From NCBI RefSeq assembly GCF_003704095.1, contig NW_020844672.1:620001-684000 (forward strand): a stretch of DNA of 64,000 bases. Direction: 5' to 3'. A program made the position numbers and the translations under genes. Source of the stretch: Pocillopora damicornis. Its lineage: Eukaryota. Positions 26,680-41,200 of the stretch are shown piece after piece. The notes under the pieces are model-generated. The model made no database searches. It had not been told where the DNA came from and saw only the letters and a program-made list of their open reading frames with translations. The number at the start of each line of letters is the position of its first letter. Position 1 is the first letter of the stretch.

Positions 26680-29600
26680 ATGCCCATTAAGCTGCTAGGA
26701 TGGCGGCTATTTATGGCTTTTTATTGGCGTGTTTTTGTTCTATTGATTTGTGGATGTTATAGCAATAATGGAATCGTACACAACAGAACGACAAACTCAA
26801 TGGATTATTCTTCATCGTGGGCCATTCGAATACCACTGGTTCATTTTTCTAATTTACCTGATCTCCATGCGCTAGCAGACCGCATCGCGGACGAGGCAGG
26901 CCTCGTAAATCGCGGGCAAATTGGAGGTCTCAAAGGACATTACCTGTACATACATAATAATACTTTCTTCAATCAAAGCGGAATCAAAGAACACGTTCTT
27001 GGAAAAATGCAGAATAGCATTACGGAACTTTTAGCCAAACATCCAAGTATTGAATGGTCAAGACAAGAAGTAGTTCGAATGCGTTATAAGCGAAGCCTAC
27101 AATTTAAGGATCAGTATTTTCCAAGCCAATGGCACTTGGTAAGAGTCGATTAGACCTAATTAATAATTTATTCGAAATAGATTTTAGATTATCGCAAGAA
27201 GCTTTCTAAAAACAATATATTTGAAAGGTTAAACTAACATCTTTTTGATAGTCGTTATCTTAATGCCTTATGATAGGGTTAACTTGATGCAGGTTTTCTC
27301 TGAAAGTAGAAATTTTTCTTTTGTCCGTCGAGTGTTCATTAGATTTAGCTACTTTCAAATTAAAGGTCAAGGACTTATCTCAATATTGAACTTTGTTATT
27401 TATTGAAAGGGTGTCTTGGATAATGAGCAGCTAAGTATAGAAACGCCTTTACGATATTTCTCTATACCAATAACTGTCACTACAGACCCAAATTGATAAA
27501 ATGCAATACATGCTATATTGACCATGGCCACTCTGCTTGGTCAAAATTACTCACCAAAATTAGGCTCCTCCAAAGTAGTGATACATGTATGAAAGTTTGC
27601 TATGAAAGTTTGCTTTACACAGTCAATATGAGCTTGAGTATAAAGAAACATTAGAAATTACTTAAATACTCCAAATTCAGACATAGTGCATAGACTTTTG
27701 AATTTTTGAGATAAAATGAAAATTTTCTGAGATCCATTATTTCCTTTATCTACCTTGCACAGTTTGACATAGTAGTAATATAAACTTTAATTTTAACATA
27801 TCTGACTTTTTTATGGCAGGACAATTTACGATTCATAGGACATGATATCAATGTTACTGGTGTCTGGGAAAATAATATCACAGGACGTGGAATAGTTGTA
27901 TCTGTTATTGACGATGGTGAGTAATCATGATTGGAAATACTTTGGGGGAGTATTTGTGGTGATTTACAAAATTGAAAATATTCAACTTTACACTACATAC
28001 AGTTTATTGTTACTATTCATTTGGTGTTATCCACTTGTTTTTAAGGTGTGGAATGGACCAATCCTGATATTCTTGACAATTATGTGAGTATTGAAGATGC
28101 TTATATACCCTGAGGCTCTCAATTCCTTTATGTGTGAATTCTCTGTTGTTGATATAACTAGATATTCCACACTCATCGGAATCAGTCTTTTAACAACACA
28201 CAACTCTTTAATTCTTATTTACAAGGTTGTTAAGATCTGGAATGTCCTTCTTCTTAACATCAATATATGTATTTTACCAAATAATATTGCTTTCAACCAA
28301 TCTCTTAAAAAATACCATGGTGTTCAGTGACCTGAATGTTAAACTTAATGCCTTTAAGATAACCATAGTTCATCATGTATAAATTGCAAATTGTGAGTAA
28401 ACTAAAAATTTCTAGGCTTCAGAAGCTTCTGTAGCCTATACTCTTTTTACTGTAAAATAATGTTTTCTCTTGTATTATGCATATATTCACTCTTATTGGG
28501 AAAATGCACAGAGTGCAAATTTAAATTTAATTTTTAAGAAGTTGTTGATAAATAGTTTTGATTGCACCAGCATTTCATCATGATCTATCATGTATAAAAA
28601 CAAAAATTAAGGCTAATTAAAGTTTGTTTCCACCAAATGTGTCATAAATCAAATTATTTCTAAATGAGTTTTGAGAGAATTTAATTATGAATAAGAATTA
28701 AATTAAAAAGTGGTTAAAGTTGTCTTGTACACCTTGATACAGAGTTCAGAAGGCAGCTGGGATATCAACTCCAATGATGATGATCCAATGCCAAGAGCAG
28801 ATGAGGCTGGCTTAAATCATCATGGAACCAGGTAGACTAGAATAAATATTGCCATGATTCTTGTCATTGATAAGTTGACACATGCATAAAATAAAAATTA
28901 ACAAATTAAATATAGGAAATTAAACTTCTTTTGGCTAGAAGTACAGATAAATAAAGCAGTTACAATAGTGCAGCCTACTTTAGTAATTTAAAGTCTTGAG
29001 TATCAAACAGAGCAATCTCAGTTCTTGTTAATAATCATTATTTAATAATTATAATTAATTAATTGATAGTCACAGAATAATGTTTTGACAAGCAGGTATG
29101 CAGTGTACAGCCGTAGGTGATTATTAAGTCAAAACAATGATGAGAACACTGCAGTTGTTTGGTCCAGACCTAGAGTAGATTGGGCCCATGATCTCTTAAG
29201 TCACTTAAACCCTTTAACCGCTTAGAGTGACTAGCATCTAATTTCTCCTTACAATATCAGCTCCAAATCACACATAAGTTAATGAGAATAAAGGAAATGG
29301 TCACCAACAAGAGAAGTTCTGGATTATGAAACAAATTCTCCTCATCAGCCCCTTAGGGAATGTATAGGGAACTGTGTGGATAATTACATGTACTGATGTT
29401 AGGGTGGAAAGGGTTAATAGCACCCACTGAGTTCAATGTACCTTGATGTTGTTCAAGACAGTTTTCATGAGAATGAATCACGTATTACAGCCAGTTACCC
29501 TTATAATTAAAGAGGGTTAGTGAGGCTTTTGTGGAGAATTATGTTTACTGATGTTAGGGTGGAAAGGGTTAATAGCACCCATTGAGTTCACTGTACCTTG

Positions 29601-32600
29601 ATGTTGTTCAAGGCAGTTTTCATGAGAATGAACCATGTATTACAGCCAGTTACCCTTATAATTAAAGAGGGTTAGTGAGGCTTTTGTGGAGAATTATGTT
29701 TACTGATGTTAAGGTGGAAAGGGTTAATAGCACCCATTGAGTTCACTGTACCTTGATGTTGTTCAACACAGTTTTCATGAGAATGAACCACGTATTACAG
29801 CCAGTTACCCTTATAATTAAAGAGGGTTAGTGAGGCTTTTGTGGAGAATTATGTTTACTGATGTTAGGGTGGAAAGGGTTAATAGCACCCATTGAGTTCA
29901 CTGTACCTTGATTTTGTTCAAGACAGTTTTCATGAGAATGAACCATGTATTACAGCTAGTTACCCTTATAATTAAAGTGGGTTAGCAAGGCTTTTAGATG
30001 GGTGAGAGTTTTTCCACAAATAATAACGTGTAAATATGTAATAATTTAAAATGTATTGATATGATACTGGTTGATAATTTAGAGATAAAATAAAGGTTTG
30101 GAATCATCTTACATCTTGTCTTTTGCAGCTTAAGTCAAGGCAAGGTGCTATCATACTAAAATTTATCTATCCACCCATCAAATATAAAGTTCAAAATTCC
30201 TAACTTTTGTGGCAGGTGTGCTGGTGAGATTGCTGCTGTGCCAAACACATACTGTGCTGTAGGTGTTGCTTATGGGGCAAAAGTATCAGGTAATAACTAG
30301 AAGATCACTTGATGATCTAGTTAAAAAATTTAGAGTCAATTACAATGAAATCAGAATACCCTGTACCACTGACAATCAATCAGCCTCTGCTTGAATTCTT
30401 TTTGTTTTCTGGAGGGCTTCTTGTCTGTCTTTTTCACCCATTTAAAATTTTTTTGGCTCATTTTTACTGGTTATTATTACAATCTAATGCACATAATGGT
30501 CCTTTTTTTCAAGACCTCACATTCTAATGAGTTAATTTTGAAACTGTGAATAGACTTTTAAGACTCTGCTAGGATTGCATGATCATTTTCTTTCTCTGTT
30601 TCTCAGTAAGAAGAACACAGATTGAATATTGGGATTTAGCAAATGATTCAGAGAGAAATTGAGTGGGATTCCTTTGGTGAATTAGCCCTAATTAGATTTA
30701 AGTGATATGGATTGAAACTACAATTTTTCAGTTAGTCAGTCTGTTAACAAAAAGTTCAAATGTTTGAGTAAGGATAACTTTGGTCTGGAAAAAGCATGGG
30801 TGAGCAATTCAGCCTTGGAACTGAGTTATTCCGTTTTGTCTAAATAGTAAATAAATAGCAGTCTTTTGTAGCTTGTAAGTAGCACACTACAAAACAATTT
30901 GATGGCTTTATTGCCAAATAAGTCTTACAAGATAAGTTTTTGTTCTTTCCTTTCCATGTTGAATAATCAGTTTTGCTAAAAGACAGCTGGTAAGAGGGTG
31001 GTAATCTGAGAGTAAATTGAGCTCTCCACAAATTCACTTCATCACCAAATTTAGTTCTTTCTGACAAATCTGATGAATTTCTTGACCAATGGTAGGTGTA
31101 CGAATTCTTGACGGTCCAATGACGGACAGCCTTGAGGCTATGGCATTCAACAGTAAGATGCACATTAATGACATATATAGCTGCAGGTATGTGGAAAAAT
31201 AACTAAAAACAAAGATTTTAAACTCTATAAGCTTTTCGTAAGAGGAGAGAAAAATGCACTTACAATCCCCAAGTGTTAGACAGGCAAAGTGCTGGCTGGA
31301 AATGTTCCTCTTTATGTCCAGTTTATATCGTTTCTTTAAGCACCTATCAAGTTACTGAAATTAATTTATTCGCAGTTGGGGGCCTGATGATAATGGAAAA
31401 ACTGTTGATGGACCTCATCAATTGGCACAGGTATGTAAACCAATGTGCTTAAGTATAATTGAGAAATAATAAAAATATATGAAGTTCGTACTCCCGTGCT
31501 CTTCGGAAAAAATATCTTTCCCTAGTAAGTCAAGTCCTTTTCCATCTCATGCTTTACATATCTCATGCTTTACATATCCCTTATTCCTATTGCTCTATAA
31601 TTATCATTATGATAACACATACCATATTGAGTAATTACGTTTTGTTTTTGTTTTCCTCATAGGCTGCTCTCGCTCATGGTGTTTTAGCTGGTAGGAAAGG
31701 TTACGGCAGTATTTTTGTTGTGGCATCTGGCAACGGAGGACATTTCAAAGACAACTGTAACTTTGATGGATATGCCAACTCCATTTACACTGTTACAATA
31801 GGTTGGTGCACAGATGAAGCTCTATCCACATAATTTTTATGTATCTTTGTCTGACTATCTTTCACACTAAAGCGCCCAGAAACGCGGAGCCTTTCGTGAA
31901 CGGTTTCGAAATTTGAACATTTTGAAAACGCTTCGTTTTTAATAGGCTCCGTCTCTCGTGTGGACAAGTGGAAACGGAGGCTTTTGAAAACATTGACTCA
32001 CTTTCACCTGCAAAGCTGCTAAATGGGGACAGCTTATCGTGAAGCTGGTAAATTGGGAGAGCTCATAGTCTCAAAGAATAGCCTTCTTCATTAAAAAAGA
32101 AAAGTCTTTTTGTCTTGCGAAGAGCGTGGAACAAAGAGGAGAAGATTACCCTAACTACGCGTCGTCAATGTGGCACAGCAAATCATGACCAATTGCGCAG
32201 TTGTCTCATTATTAAAAATTTTGTCAATGATTTAATTGTAGGTGCTGTGGACGAGTTAGGAGATATGCCATATTATGCAGAACATTGTGCTGCTATGTTG
32301 GCAGTCACTTACAGCAGTGGACAAGGCATGCAGAGGAACATAGTAAGTGTTTAGATACGTATGCAAACCCTGTCTACAACAAAGTGGTGTTATTATGCTG
32401 TTGTACTGGGGCAAAGGGATAAGGATACTTTTCGCAAGATTCCCGTATGACTCAACAGGCTGCTGTGCAAGCCACATGTATGGCGTGTATGCAAAGCCTA
32501 TAAACTGTTCTTTCCTTCAGAACGTGATTGCAAACTCTGGTATCCCTCCCTTCCCCCCTTCCAAAAAAAACAAAAAAAACAAAACAAAACAATGCAGATT

Positions 32601-35600
32601 GCTACCCAGGCCGGAGGTACATTTCTACCTACTGTAGGGTATTTGAGCTTCATCTTATGGCCACTTTTGCGAAATGCGATTTGTTGAAGTTCTTTTCAAT
32701 GAAAAAAAAAAAACGTTTTATGCTTGTTGTTTTGCCCGTGTCTTCGGGATTCCCGCGGGTAGTGTCGCGCAGTAGTTATTCCCTTTGGTGACTATATATT
32801 TGATGCTGCCTTGCTAGGTGACAACTGATTGGCGCTTAGGGACTGGCACGGGTTGCACAGACAAACATACGGGAACCTCGGCTGCGGCGCCCTTAGCGGC
32901 TGGAATGATCGCCCTCATGTTACAAGCAAGGTAAGAACAACAAACAGCAAATACCCCCATGATACTGCTCAAAAAACTTTCGATAGAAGCCCTGAACCTA
33001 TGCTGTCTCAATAGGGGCTTTGAGAGGCTTACATTGCAGGGGGAGAGGGGAGGGGACGAGGAGGATTGTAAGGTGAATTCAAAAGAAAGAAAATAAATAT
33101 TTTCGGAGGGGGCTAAGTTCACTTGTAGATGGGCGTATTTACTGGGACGTTTATCACGCGATTGAGATTTTTGTGTAGAATTAGGTGAGGTTTTGATCGG
33201 AATTCTGCTGTTTGAAATAATCGAATCATTGACCAGGATTGTTCTTTTTGTAGACCATGTTTGTCATGGAGAGATGTCCAACATATTATTGCCATTACTG
33301 CTGTCAAGGTATAAAGGAATTTTAATGTTTGGTTGATTATTTATCTCACCGAAAACTGCCATTTTGTGGACGGTATAACGAACCCCTTTGTGACGAGTTG
33401 ATCCTCACCAGTAATTCTAGAAAGAGAAGCGCGTAAAATCTTTATAAGGAATTCAAGTCTCGCTATTTTTCAATAGAATCTTTTTAATGGAACGGCGGGG
33501 GAATGTTATATCTTCTTCACACTTCTCTTTGCGAGAAGTGGGTGTAATGTCCCCCTAGTTTATCGAATCTAAGCCCCTTGGTTTTCTGTTGCGTTAACGT
33601 TCTACTGAGTCGTGAGTGTCTTGTACAACTGTAAGGTAAAAGTTTATATGGCCGTCAACGAGGTTCGCCATCCAAAACGACATCCCTTCGGGCCAAGAAG
33701 GGAGGGCTTTTTTCCCGGACAGTGGTTGAGTGTCGGGTCGCAGACTTAAAGGCTAGCCTCTTATAGCTCTTTTATCGAATTGGTTTTTTTTTGTAATGGT
33801 TATATTCATGTGTTTAGCACGATGTGGACGACAGTGATTATTATACAAATGGAGCCAAGTATCACCATAGCCACAAGTATGGATTCGGTCTTCTGGACTC
33901 TTGGCGACTGGTCAACACAGCTAAGGTATTCACGTATTTATCTTTATTGTAAAAGTGTAGATCTGTCGAATGAAGGGTTGGTAGTGAAATGTGTTTCGGT
34001 GCCATGAAGTAGAGCTCGTTAATCACGGGAAGGTATTCAGGAGGTACATTATTCACTATCAACAGGACAAGCCCTCTCATCAAGGATAGGCGATTCATTA
34101 AGATTAAAATCTGAAAAATTTGTATCTGTATTTGTGTTTTGCGATATTTAGACAGGCTGGTCCAGTTCCGCTCAGAGCTGGTTTAAATGGGGGTCTGTAT
34201 AAACAATGACAAGGTCAGACCACAACACCGGGGGCTATGTTCCGTGCTCTTTGTAAGAAGTGTGTGGGTTCTTTAATGTTCCCTGTTAGCCAGTAGCGAG
34301 AAGAGACAGGAGACGGGGTCTACGACTTATCGTCCTTATCCGTGAAGACGAGAATGTCTAACTGTTTGCCGATGTAAAAGCAAAGGCAGCACATTCTCCT
34401 CGCTTATTTTAAGTCCGTGTGTGTTGGTCCGGTCTGGGACTTGAACCCTCGACCTCCTGCACGGAAGTCCGGCGCTCTTCAACGTTAGCTAATCAAGCGC
34501 GGTAAAATATATAAAGTGATACATCTGGTTGTGTTTTACTGAAAGTAAGTTTATCAGAGCTTTGTTTTCAACAAAGCAATATTTTTTTTTTCAGGTATGG
34601 AAGGCAGTGCCCTGGATGACATCTTGGTCAACACCCATTATTCATGTTGGAAAACAGATCCCGACATCAACCAATCAACTGATAGAAAAGTACTACGGTA
34701 TGTACACCAGTTAAATTGTTTCTTTTGTAAAACATTGTTGAAACTCTGCCGCTAGAAACAACTCAATCCAAGTGGTTCTCGCTATGCTTCCTGCGATGTT
34801 AGCGTAAACTAAAACTAACACTTTTATTTCTTTTCTTTACCAGTGTCTAAAGACAACGTCGGAGAGGTGGTTACTTTAGAACACGTCACCGTCACAGTAA
34901 GTAAAATTCGCTCATTTTCCCTTTTTTTACTCGATGATGTGTGAAGCATGGGAATGAGTAATTTTGGGATTCGATCTGCAAATTTCGTGTCGTTAGCCCT
35001 GCATTAGGAATCTGGCAAGAGCGTGCTTGTTATTAAAGATGGCAGACTGATTGTTAAATATGGCGGATCAGCTGGGGATAGCCTTCACAACCGACGTAAT
35101 TTTTGACGTTTTTCAGTCGAATGGAGGTAAGCGCAAGGTGAGCGCGAAGTGTGAGTCACGTGTGAGGGGAAGAACGCAAAAAAAAAAAAATGATTTTCGC
35201 GCTCCTCCTCATGCGCGTGAATCTTGATTCGCGCTCGCCTAGCGCTTGTCTCCGTTCGCCTGTGAAATGCAAAAAATTACATCGGTTCTGCAGGCTAAGC
35301 TGGGAAGGACTTTAGTGGGGATGACGGCTCAATTCTGTTTCTTGGAATTCCAGGATCATATGCATTTAGTACAATCACTGTACACTGTAGTTATATTCTG
35401 CACAGTATATCCTCGAGTTCACTATAGCGTCACTTTGATTCCTCTCATCGACCAGTTTCCTTGAAAGAACAATTTTTTAATTCTGTGTCGGAAGATATCT
35501 TGAAACAAACCATCAGATCTCATACAGATCCTTTTCAGCATCAAATGATATAGGGAAAATATGAGAAAAGAAAGGTCTCTTAATTATGTCTCTAAGCTGG

Positions 35601-37701
35601 CAAGAATTGTCTTACTCTACCTTTGCTTCCAGGTGAATCTCAAGCATCGGCATCGTGGAAACTTAATGGTCAGTTTAGTGTCCGCTGAAGGAACGACATC
35701 CAAACTGGCAACAGCAAGACAACACGATAGGTATGTTCAGAATCAGCCCGACAGCAAGCTCTCATTAATGGTCCTGCTGTAAAAGCATATCGCGGGCTAC
35801 ACGCGAAGCCTGAGTCGAACTGACCCGCTTTGCTCCCTGGTGATCTAGAGGGGTCTGGCGCGAGAAATGAGACAGACCTCCCGCGTACTTTCAACGAAAA
35901 TATTACGGAGCTCATGAACCAGCGCCAATAAGTATCTTCTTGCAATGCCAGTTTACCATTTTTCTTTTAAGTGGAATCTAGGACTATACCGGCATCGGTG
36001 TATCGTTGTTGCAATGGCCGTAAGGTGTCCGATCATAACTCGTGGTAAAGAAGTAACTTTTTATGACATTGAATATCTGTTCTAACGTAGATCTTCGGAT
36101 GGTTTCGTAGACTGGACGTTTTCCACTGTTCGATGCTGGGGCGAAAAACCACAAGGAACTTGGCAGCTGATCGTTATTGATAATGGTACGAACGAATCGT
36201 ATGTTTTATGTGCTTTTAGTCACGTTACCTTTTATTGTGAAGGCAAGGCAGCAGCATCAACTATCTGATCCTATTTGTCACACCGTTTCTTTTCAGTGCC
36301 TTACTTTTACTGTTTATTTATAAATTCCTTTTCAGTTATATTNNNNNNNNNNNNNNNNNNNNNNNNNNNNNNNNNNNNNNNNNNNNNNNNNNNNNNNNNN
36401 NNNNNNNNNNNNNNNNNNNNNNNNNNNNNNNNNNNNNNNNNNNNNNNNNNNNNNNNNNNNNNNNNNNNNNNNNNNNNNNNNNNNNNNNNNNNNNNNNNNN
36501 NNNNNNNNNNNNNNNNNNNNNNNNNNNNNNNNNNNNNNNNNNNNNNNNNNNNNNNNNNNNNNNNNNNNNNNNNNNNNNNNNNNNNNNNNNNNNNNNNNNN
36601 NNNNNNNNNNNNNNNNNNNNNNNNNNNNNNNNNNNNNNNNNNNNNNNNNNNNNNNNNNNNNNNNNNNNNNNNNNNNNNNNNNNNNNNNNNNNNNNNNNNN
36701 NNNNNNNNNNNNNNNTTTGTTTCACAACCCTCAATCGACTTTGCGTAAATCAGTAATCAATTCGCCTTGTTCCAGGTTTTGATCACAGCCGAGGTTTCCT
36801 GAAGGATTGGAAGTTGACTTTCTACGGTTCTTCCATGACACCAGAAGAGATACAGAAGAGACAGAGGTAAAAACATTTTTTTTTCCGCAATCGAAGCGCA
36901 GCTTGTAAGAATAATCTCTAATCCGGCACCTCCGTAAATAGGAAATGAAAAGTTTTGGGAGAGGAACTCACTATCAGGAATTAATGATTTTCTTTAAAAA
37001 TTTCCTTTATGAGTAACTTATGCATTCTTTTTTTTTTTCAGATTGGTGGAGGAAGCTTCTAGTGGCCAGTACCTTCACAGTAACGATACTCCACCTTGTC
37101 CGCCCAGGCCCCCGCTGTACGCACCACAAGATGTTGTGTCCGAGAGAACGCTCAAGGTAGACTTGTGATACTTGAAACGTGATTTTTTCTATTCTTTGGA
37201 TGCGTAAGATGACAATCTGACGAGAACTTGCAGTAGATAACGTGAATTCATAGGAATTTCACTTTTAGTGTTTTTGGTTCAAATCGCACGACGGTTTGTT
37301 AGATTTAAGCTACGCTAATCCAATCAGATATGATATCAATGCCACATTATCAGTGCTATGTTTCGTTTCCTTTTTTAAGTAGTCGCGTCTATATTCATCG
37401 AGTTCTTAGAGTTTTAGTCTGTTGTTTTCCCCTTTTTTTTTTTTTACCTTTTTCTCGTCCTCATAAATGTCAGTTATGGTCAATGGTGAATCTCAACAAA
37501 AAATATTGTTCTTCGATATAGGTATTGCTTTTGCTCGGCGGCTTCTGTCTATTGGTGTCCATTTACTATACTGTCGACGTCGTGTTCGATTGCGAGGCTA
37601 GTGACGAGGGAAGCGCAGACACGGCGAGTGGAGAGCCACAGGAGGAGACTCCTCTGTTGTCTAACAAACTGGCTGAAGAGGATCAGATTAGACTAAGGTA
37701 A
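26680..37701 (+). CDS. PCSK7: Proprotein convertase subtilisin/kexin type 7-like
   Basis: 19 exons: 26680-27138, 27820-27916, 28046-28083, 28743-28831, 30216-30289, 31096-31186, 31376-31430, 31663-31801, 32242-32342, 32818-32930, 33254-33308, 33818-33925, 34595-34697, 34844-34896, 35633-35730, 36091-36185, 36776-36866, 37042-37156, 37522-37701. Prodomain RYKR, DDG, HGTRCAGEI, SGNGG, GTSAAAP, P-domain, TM helix, no Cys-rich region. Confidence 0.88.
29206..29417. mobile_element. piggyBac-type MITE
   Basis: CCCTTT...AAAGGG-TTAA ends; body similar to the other copies in the window. Confidence 0.7.
29391..29995. repeat. 155-bp tandem repeat, ~4 copies
   Basis: TACTGATGTTA(G/A)GGTGGAAAGGGTTAATAGCACCC starts at 29391, 29546, 29701, 29856. 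Confidence 0.95.
34205..34502 (-). mobile_element. tRNA-derived SINE
   Basis: Minus-strand head with A-box-like TAGCTAACGTTG and B-box GGTTCAAGTCC followed by a non-tRNA body; no proper acceptor stem. Confidence 0.7.
35079..35297. mobile_element. MITE with TAGCC..GGCTA ends and 9-bp TSD (Mutator-type)
   Basis: Flanks AGCTGGGGA (35070-35078) and AGCTGGGAA (35298-35306), 8/9 identical. Confidence 0.6.
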
Positions 37702-38039
37702 CGTTTATGATCATAATCTGAGCTCATTTTTGGTCATCACGGAGCTATATATGATGAGCAATTCTTTAAAGAAATTCTTTGACGAAGATAAAAGTTCATA
37801 AAGAGATGAGAAAAGCGACAGTTTATTAAAAAAAGGCAATATTTTTCTTTTTTTCTTTTAATTGAAATCATATCGAAAGATATTTTGATAGTTAAGTTGA
37901 GGTCAACGCCAAGCCGATTACACGAGGTTTTCTTTTTTCATCATTCTTTCTTTCGCTGACTGATGCTCTGGCGTTTGAGTTACTAGGAGCTCTTTGGTGA
38001 GCATAGTGGACTATGTGATGACCTCATGGTTTGAAGTAG

Positions 38040-38208
38040 AAATGGCCAACTGTAAGGGAAGTCTGATGAAATGCTGGGGGTGGGGGGTAGACTTGTGATG
38101 GACTGGCATCCGAACTAGGGGAGAGTAGAAACACTTTTAGAAGCTTCATGCTATGGAAACCGGGATAAGCTCAGAGTGCATAGGCCAATTGGCTCAAGTA
38201 CAGACTTA
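38040..38208 (+). mobile_element. Degenerate SINE 3' half
   Basis: GATGGACTGGCATCC..GGGGAGAGTAG..TTCATGCTATGGAAACCGGGATAAGCTC body; similar fragment near 25165-25240; recognised by pattern only. Confidence 0.4.
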
Positions 38209-41200
38209 AGCTCTGGTGAGCTTGTGAAAAGAACTATGTAGGGACACAGCTGACAAGCATTCCGTGTATTGCAGAGATTGGCGATGTCAAACGCGTCCTG
38301 TGTAGATGTACAGGAGAAAAGATAACAGACCTTCATTTCAATCTTCGCAAGGGTAGATCCTGGAATTTTTGGCATGGAGAAGTTGGAAAGGGGGGCGGGG
38401 GGGGGGGGGNNNNNNNNNNNNNNNNNNNNNNNNNNNNNNNNNNNNNNNNNNNNNNNNNNNNNNNNNNNNNNNNNNNNNNNNNNNNNNNNNNNNNNNNNNN
38501 NNNNNNNNNTCAGAATTTCAGTCATGGAACTTGGCCAGCAGAAAAAAATTGGTGCTGACAGTTTAAAGTAATACCGCAAATGGTTTGAATCCAGGAGTAT
38601 CGGTCTATTTTGTGGTGTAACTTTTCAAGTAAGAGTAGGCTGAAAAATGCAGTTTTTAGCAACAATATAATCGACAACAATTCTTTTTAGGGTTACTCAT
38701 ACCTTAGCGATCATACCACAGGCACGACGCTGGTAACTTTGACGATTTTTATTTACTGGTTAGATATATTAATTCGTCTCGAACCTCATTTTTTCGCTCT
38801 ACCTCTTGTTGCTCACATTTCTGAATAAGCCGGGACATGCAATTCTGTGTTCATGACCTTTCCCGCCGTTCCTAACAGTTGCAAACCGCACTGTTTCACA
38901 TGGAGCTCTGATTGGTTTATTTAGGAATTTAAGTGCGTCCTGATTGGTTCTATCTGTTGTATTATACGGGCAGTAGGGCAGTGAGTAAGATACTTTTTAA
39001 AGGAGAGGTGTGACTTTTTAAAAACGAACGTCGCTGGAAAACCATGGGGGAGTACGGTTGGAAGCTCTGTGAAACACTGATAGTTTTTATTACTCCCATA
39101 TTTACCATTTTAGGCGGTTTATAGTCAGAGTATAAGGTCTTCGTAGTAACTTTTCCATGGTAACAATCCTTGTCATGATCAAGAGTAATGTGAAGCTTAA
39201 GAAAATAAAGAAAGACGATGCTTAATGTTAATGAAATGCAAAAAAAGGTTTATTTATTGAATTTATTCATATATTATTACAAATAGTATTAAATGATAAT
39301 TTATAATCATCATGGTAGGCACTTCGCGTCTAAAACGTGGTAATTTGGACAATTTAATATTTATTTGATGAGTACTTTCCGATATAAATAGAAATAGGTT
39401 TGTTTCTTGACTTACCTGGTGGTAAAGACATTAAAAATAACTTATTAGCAGCGAAGGATCAAAGGAATATATTTTTTCATGGCCAAATAATGCACCGTAA
39501 ACGCTTCAGTCAATGTTGCAAGTGATTAACGATTAAAGTTACAATTAAGGAACAATTAGAGAAAACATAAATACCTGTTACTAACTGAGTTCAAGGTCCT
39601 TAGGGTAAGTTACAGATGAAGTTTTTTTCCGTCAGGTTTATGACCTAAGGGCGGCCTAAGGGCCCATAAAATAAAAGGGGAGGGGAGGGGAGGTAAGGTT
39701 GCATAACTTACAGTACAGACCGAAGAGGAAACTGTTACACAGCTCCGGTGTGTCTGGCAGGTTTCACGCGAAACGGCTTCAATTAACTGACACATTTCGA
39801 AAGCAAAATTAGCCAGTTTGAAATCGTGGTTTAATCAGTGAAGTACGCCTCGTGGAATTCACCATAACTCCTGTAATCACGGAAAGATTTTAAATCTACA
39901 AAAGCGAAATTATCTCTGCCATCTTCTTTACGACTTCTTGTTATTTAACGATTCAAACAATCGAAGCGTTTACAATAATCGGCCAAAGGGAGCCGACATT
40001 ATTCTTTATTTATTTCAGTTATTTCTTTTGCTTACGTATTTGTGAAAATTATACAAGAAATAAAGTGTTTTTATTGAAGGCTGTCCATTCTTTTTTAGAA
40101 CTTAACAGTCCGACGGACGACTTGCTCAAGCTTTCACTACAAACGCGTGGACTTTTGTCATTTAGGGGTGGGTGGGGTGGATTGGGGTGCTTTCCAACGA
40201 AGAAGGTCAAGGATACCCATATATACTTAGTTTGCACTTTCAACAAATGCATAAGATCTAAACGCAAGCACGCAACGAATTCGACATAGGAAAGCGCTAT
40301 AGTTTTTTGTTTCTCGGTTTTTGACACATTGAATGCAGCAGTAAATGACAGGAGCCAAATTGAGTGAATTTCAATCCAGTTCACATCAGATGAAGCCCAA
40401 ATCATCATATCAATTTCTCCTTTGGCAGCCATTTTTGCCTCTGACGTGAAATCCGCAGGACCGTTGTGGGCAGATGTTGAGCTGGTTAACATCGCAGAGA
40501 GGCTGGCTCTTTGCAAACCCCTTCCTCCAATCCCCACCTCCCATCTAAGGAAACCAGTAGCTTACATTTTGTGGCTCCTAACCCATGTCTTTACAGAATC
40601 ACAAGGGGTCTAGGTAAAAAGACTGAGGTTATCTGGGGAGAGGTGTTCAACGCAAGCTGCCTAACCGCTCCAACAGTGTTCAAGGTGGCACTTTAGTCAT
40701 GGGGGATTACTTCTTTATGCCCTCCTACCCAAGGTCATTCCTGAGAAATCCTTGATGAAATTTATCACTCTCACCAACTAAGTACTCGTCGCCTCTAGGT
40801 TCCAAGTTACAAGCTTCCTTTCCAAAGTTTTCAATTTTTTTTCCAGGTTTGGCAAACTACTTCATTACTTAAAATTTTAAAGACAGTTGTTTCACATGCA
40901 GGTCTACACACTTGTACATTGAAATGTTCCAAATCAAGTGTCACTAGGCTGTACACCTAGACATATCAAATGCTGTCCTGAAAGCAGAGTTATATTTGCA
41001 TTCTACTTAAAGTCTACACTGTCAAGACCTTGCATTTGCAGTTTACTGAGTCATTTGAAACCCTAAATGAATTTGTTTTATCTTGATTCGTACAGGAAAT
41101 TTTTAGTGCAATACAAGCTAACAAAAATTATATTATTCAAGTTGTTAATGATCATAAAATTTCATTCCCTGGAACAGCAAGAGTTATGGGAATTATTTTC

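Noticed and set aside
34420-34502. tRNA gene
   Set aside because: Degenerate cloverleaf continuing into a SINE body.
36275-36748. Long ORFs spanning N runs (also near 9300, 16167, 38151, 60188, 61805)
   Set aside because: Artefacts of assembly gaps.
40049-40537. 162-aa minus-strand ORF with YY1-like AAAATGGCTGCC
   Set aside because: No recognisable domain or supporting exon chain.
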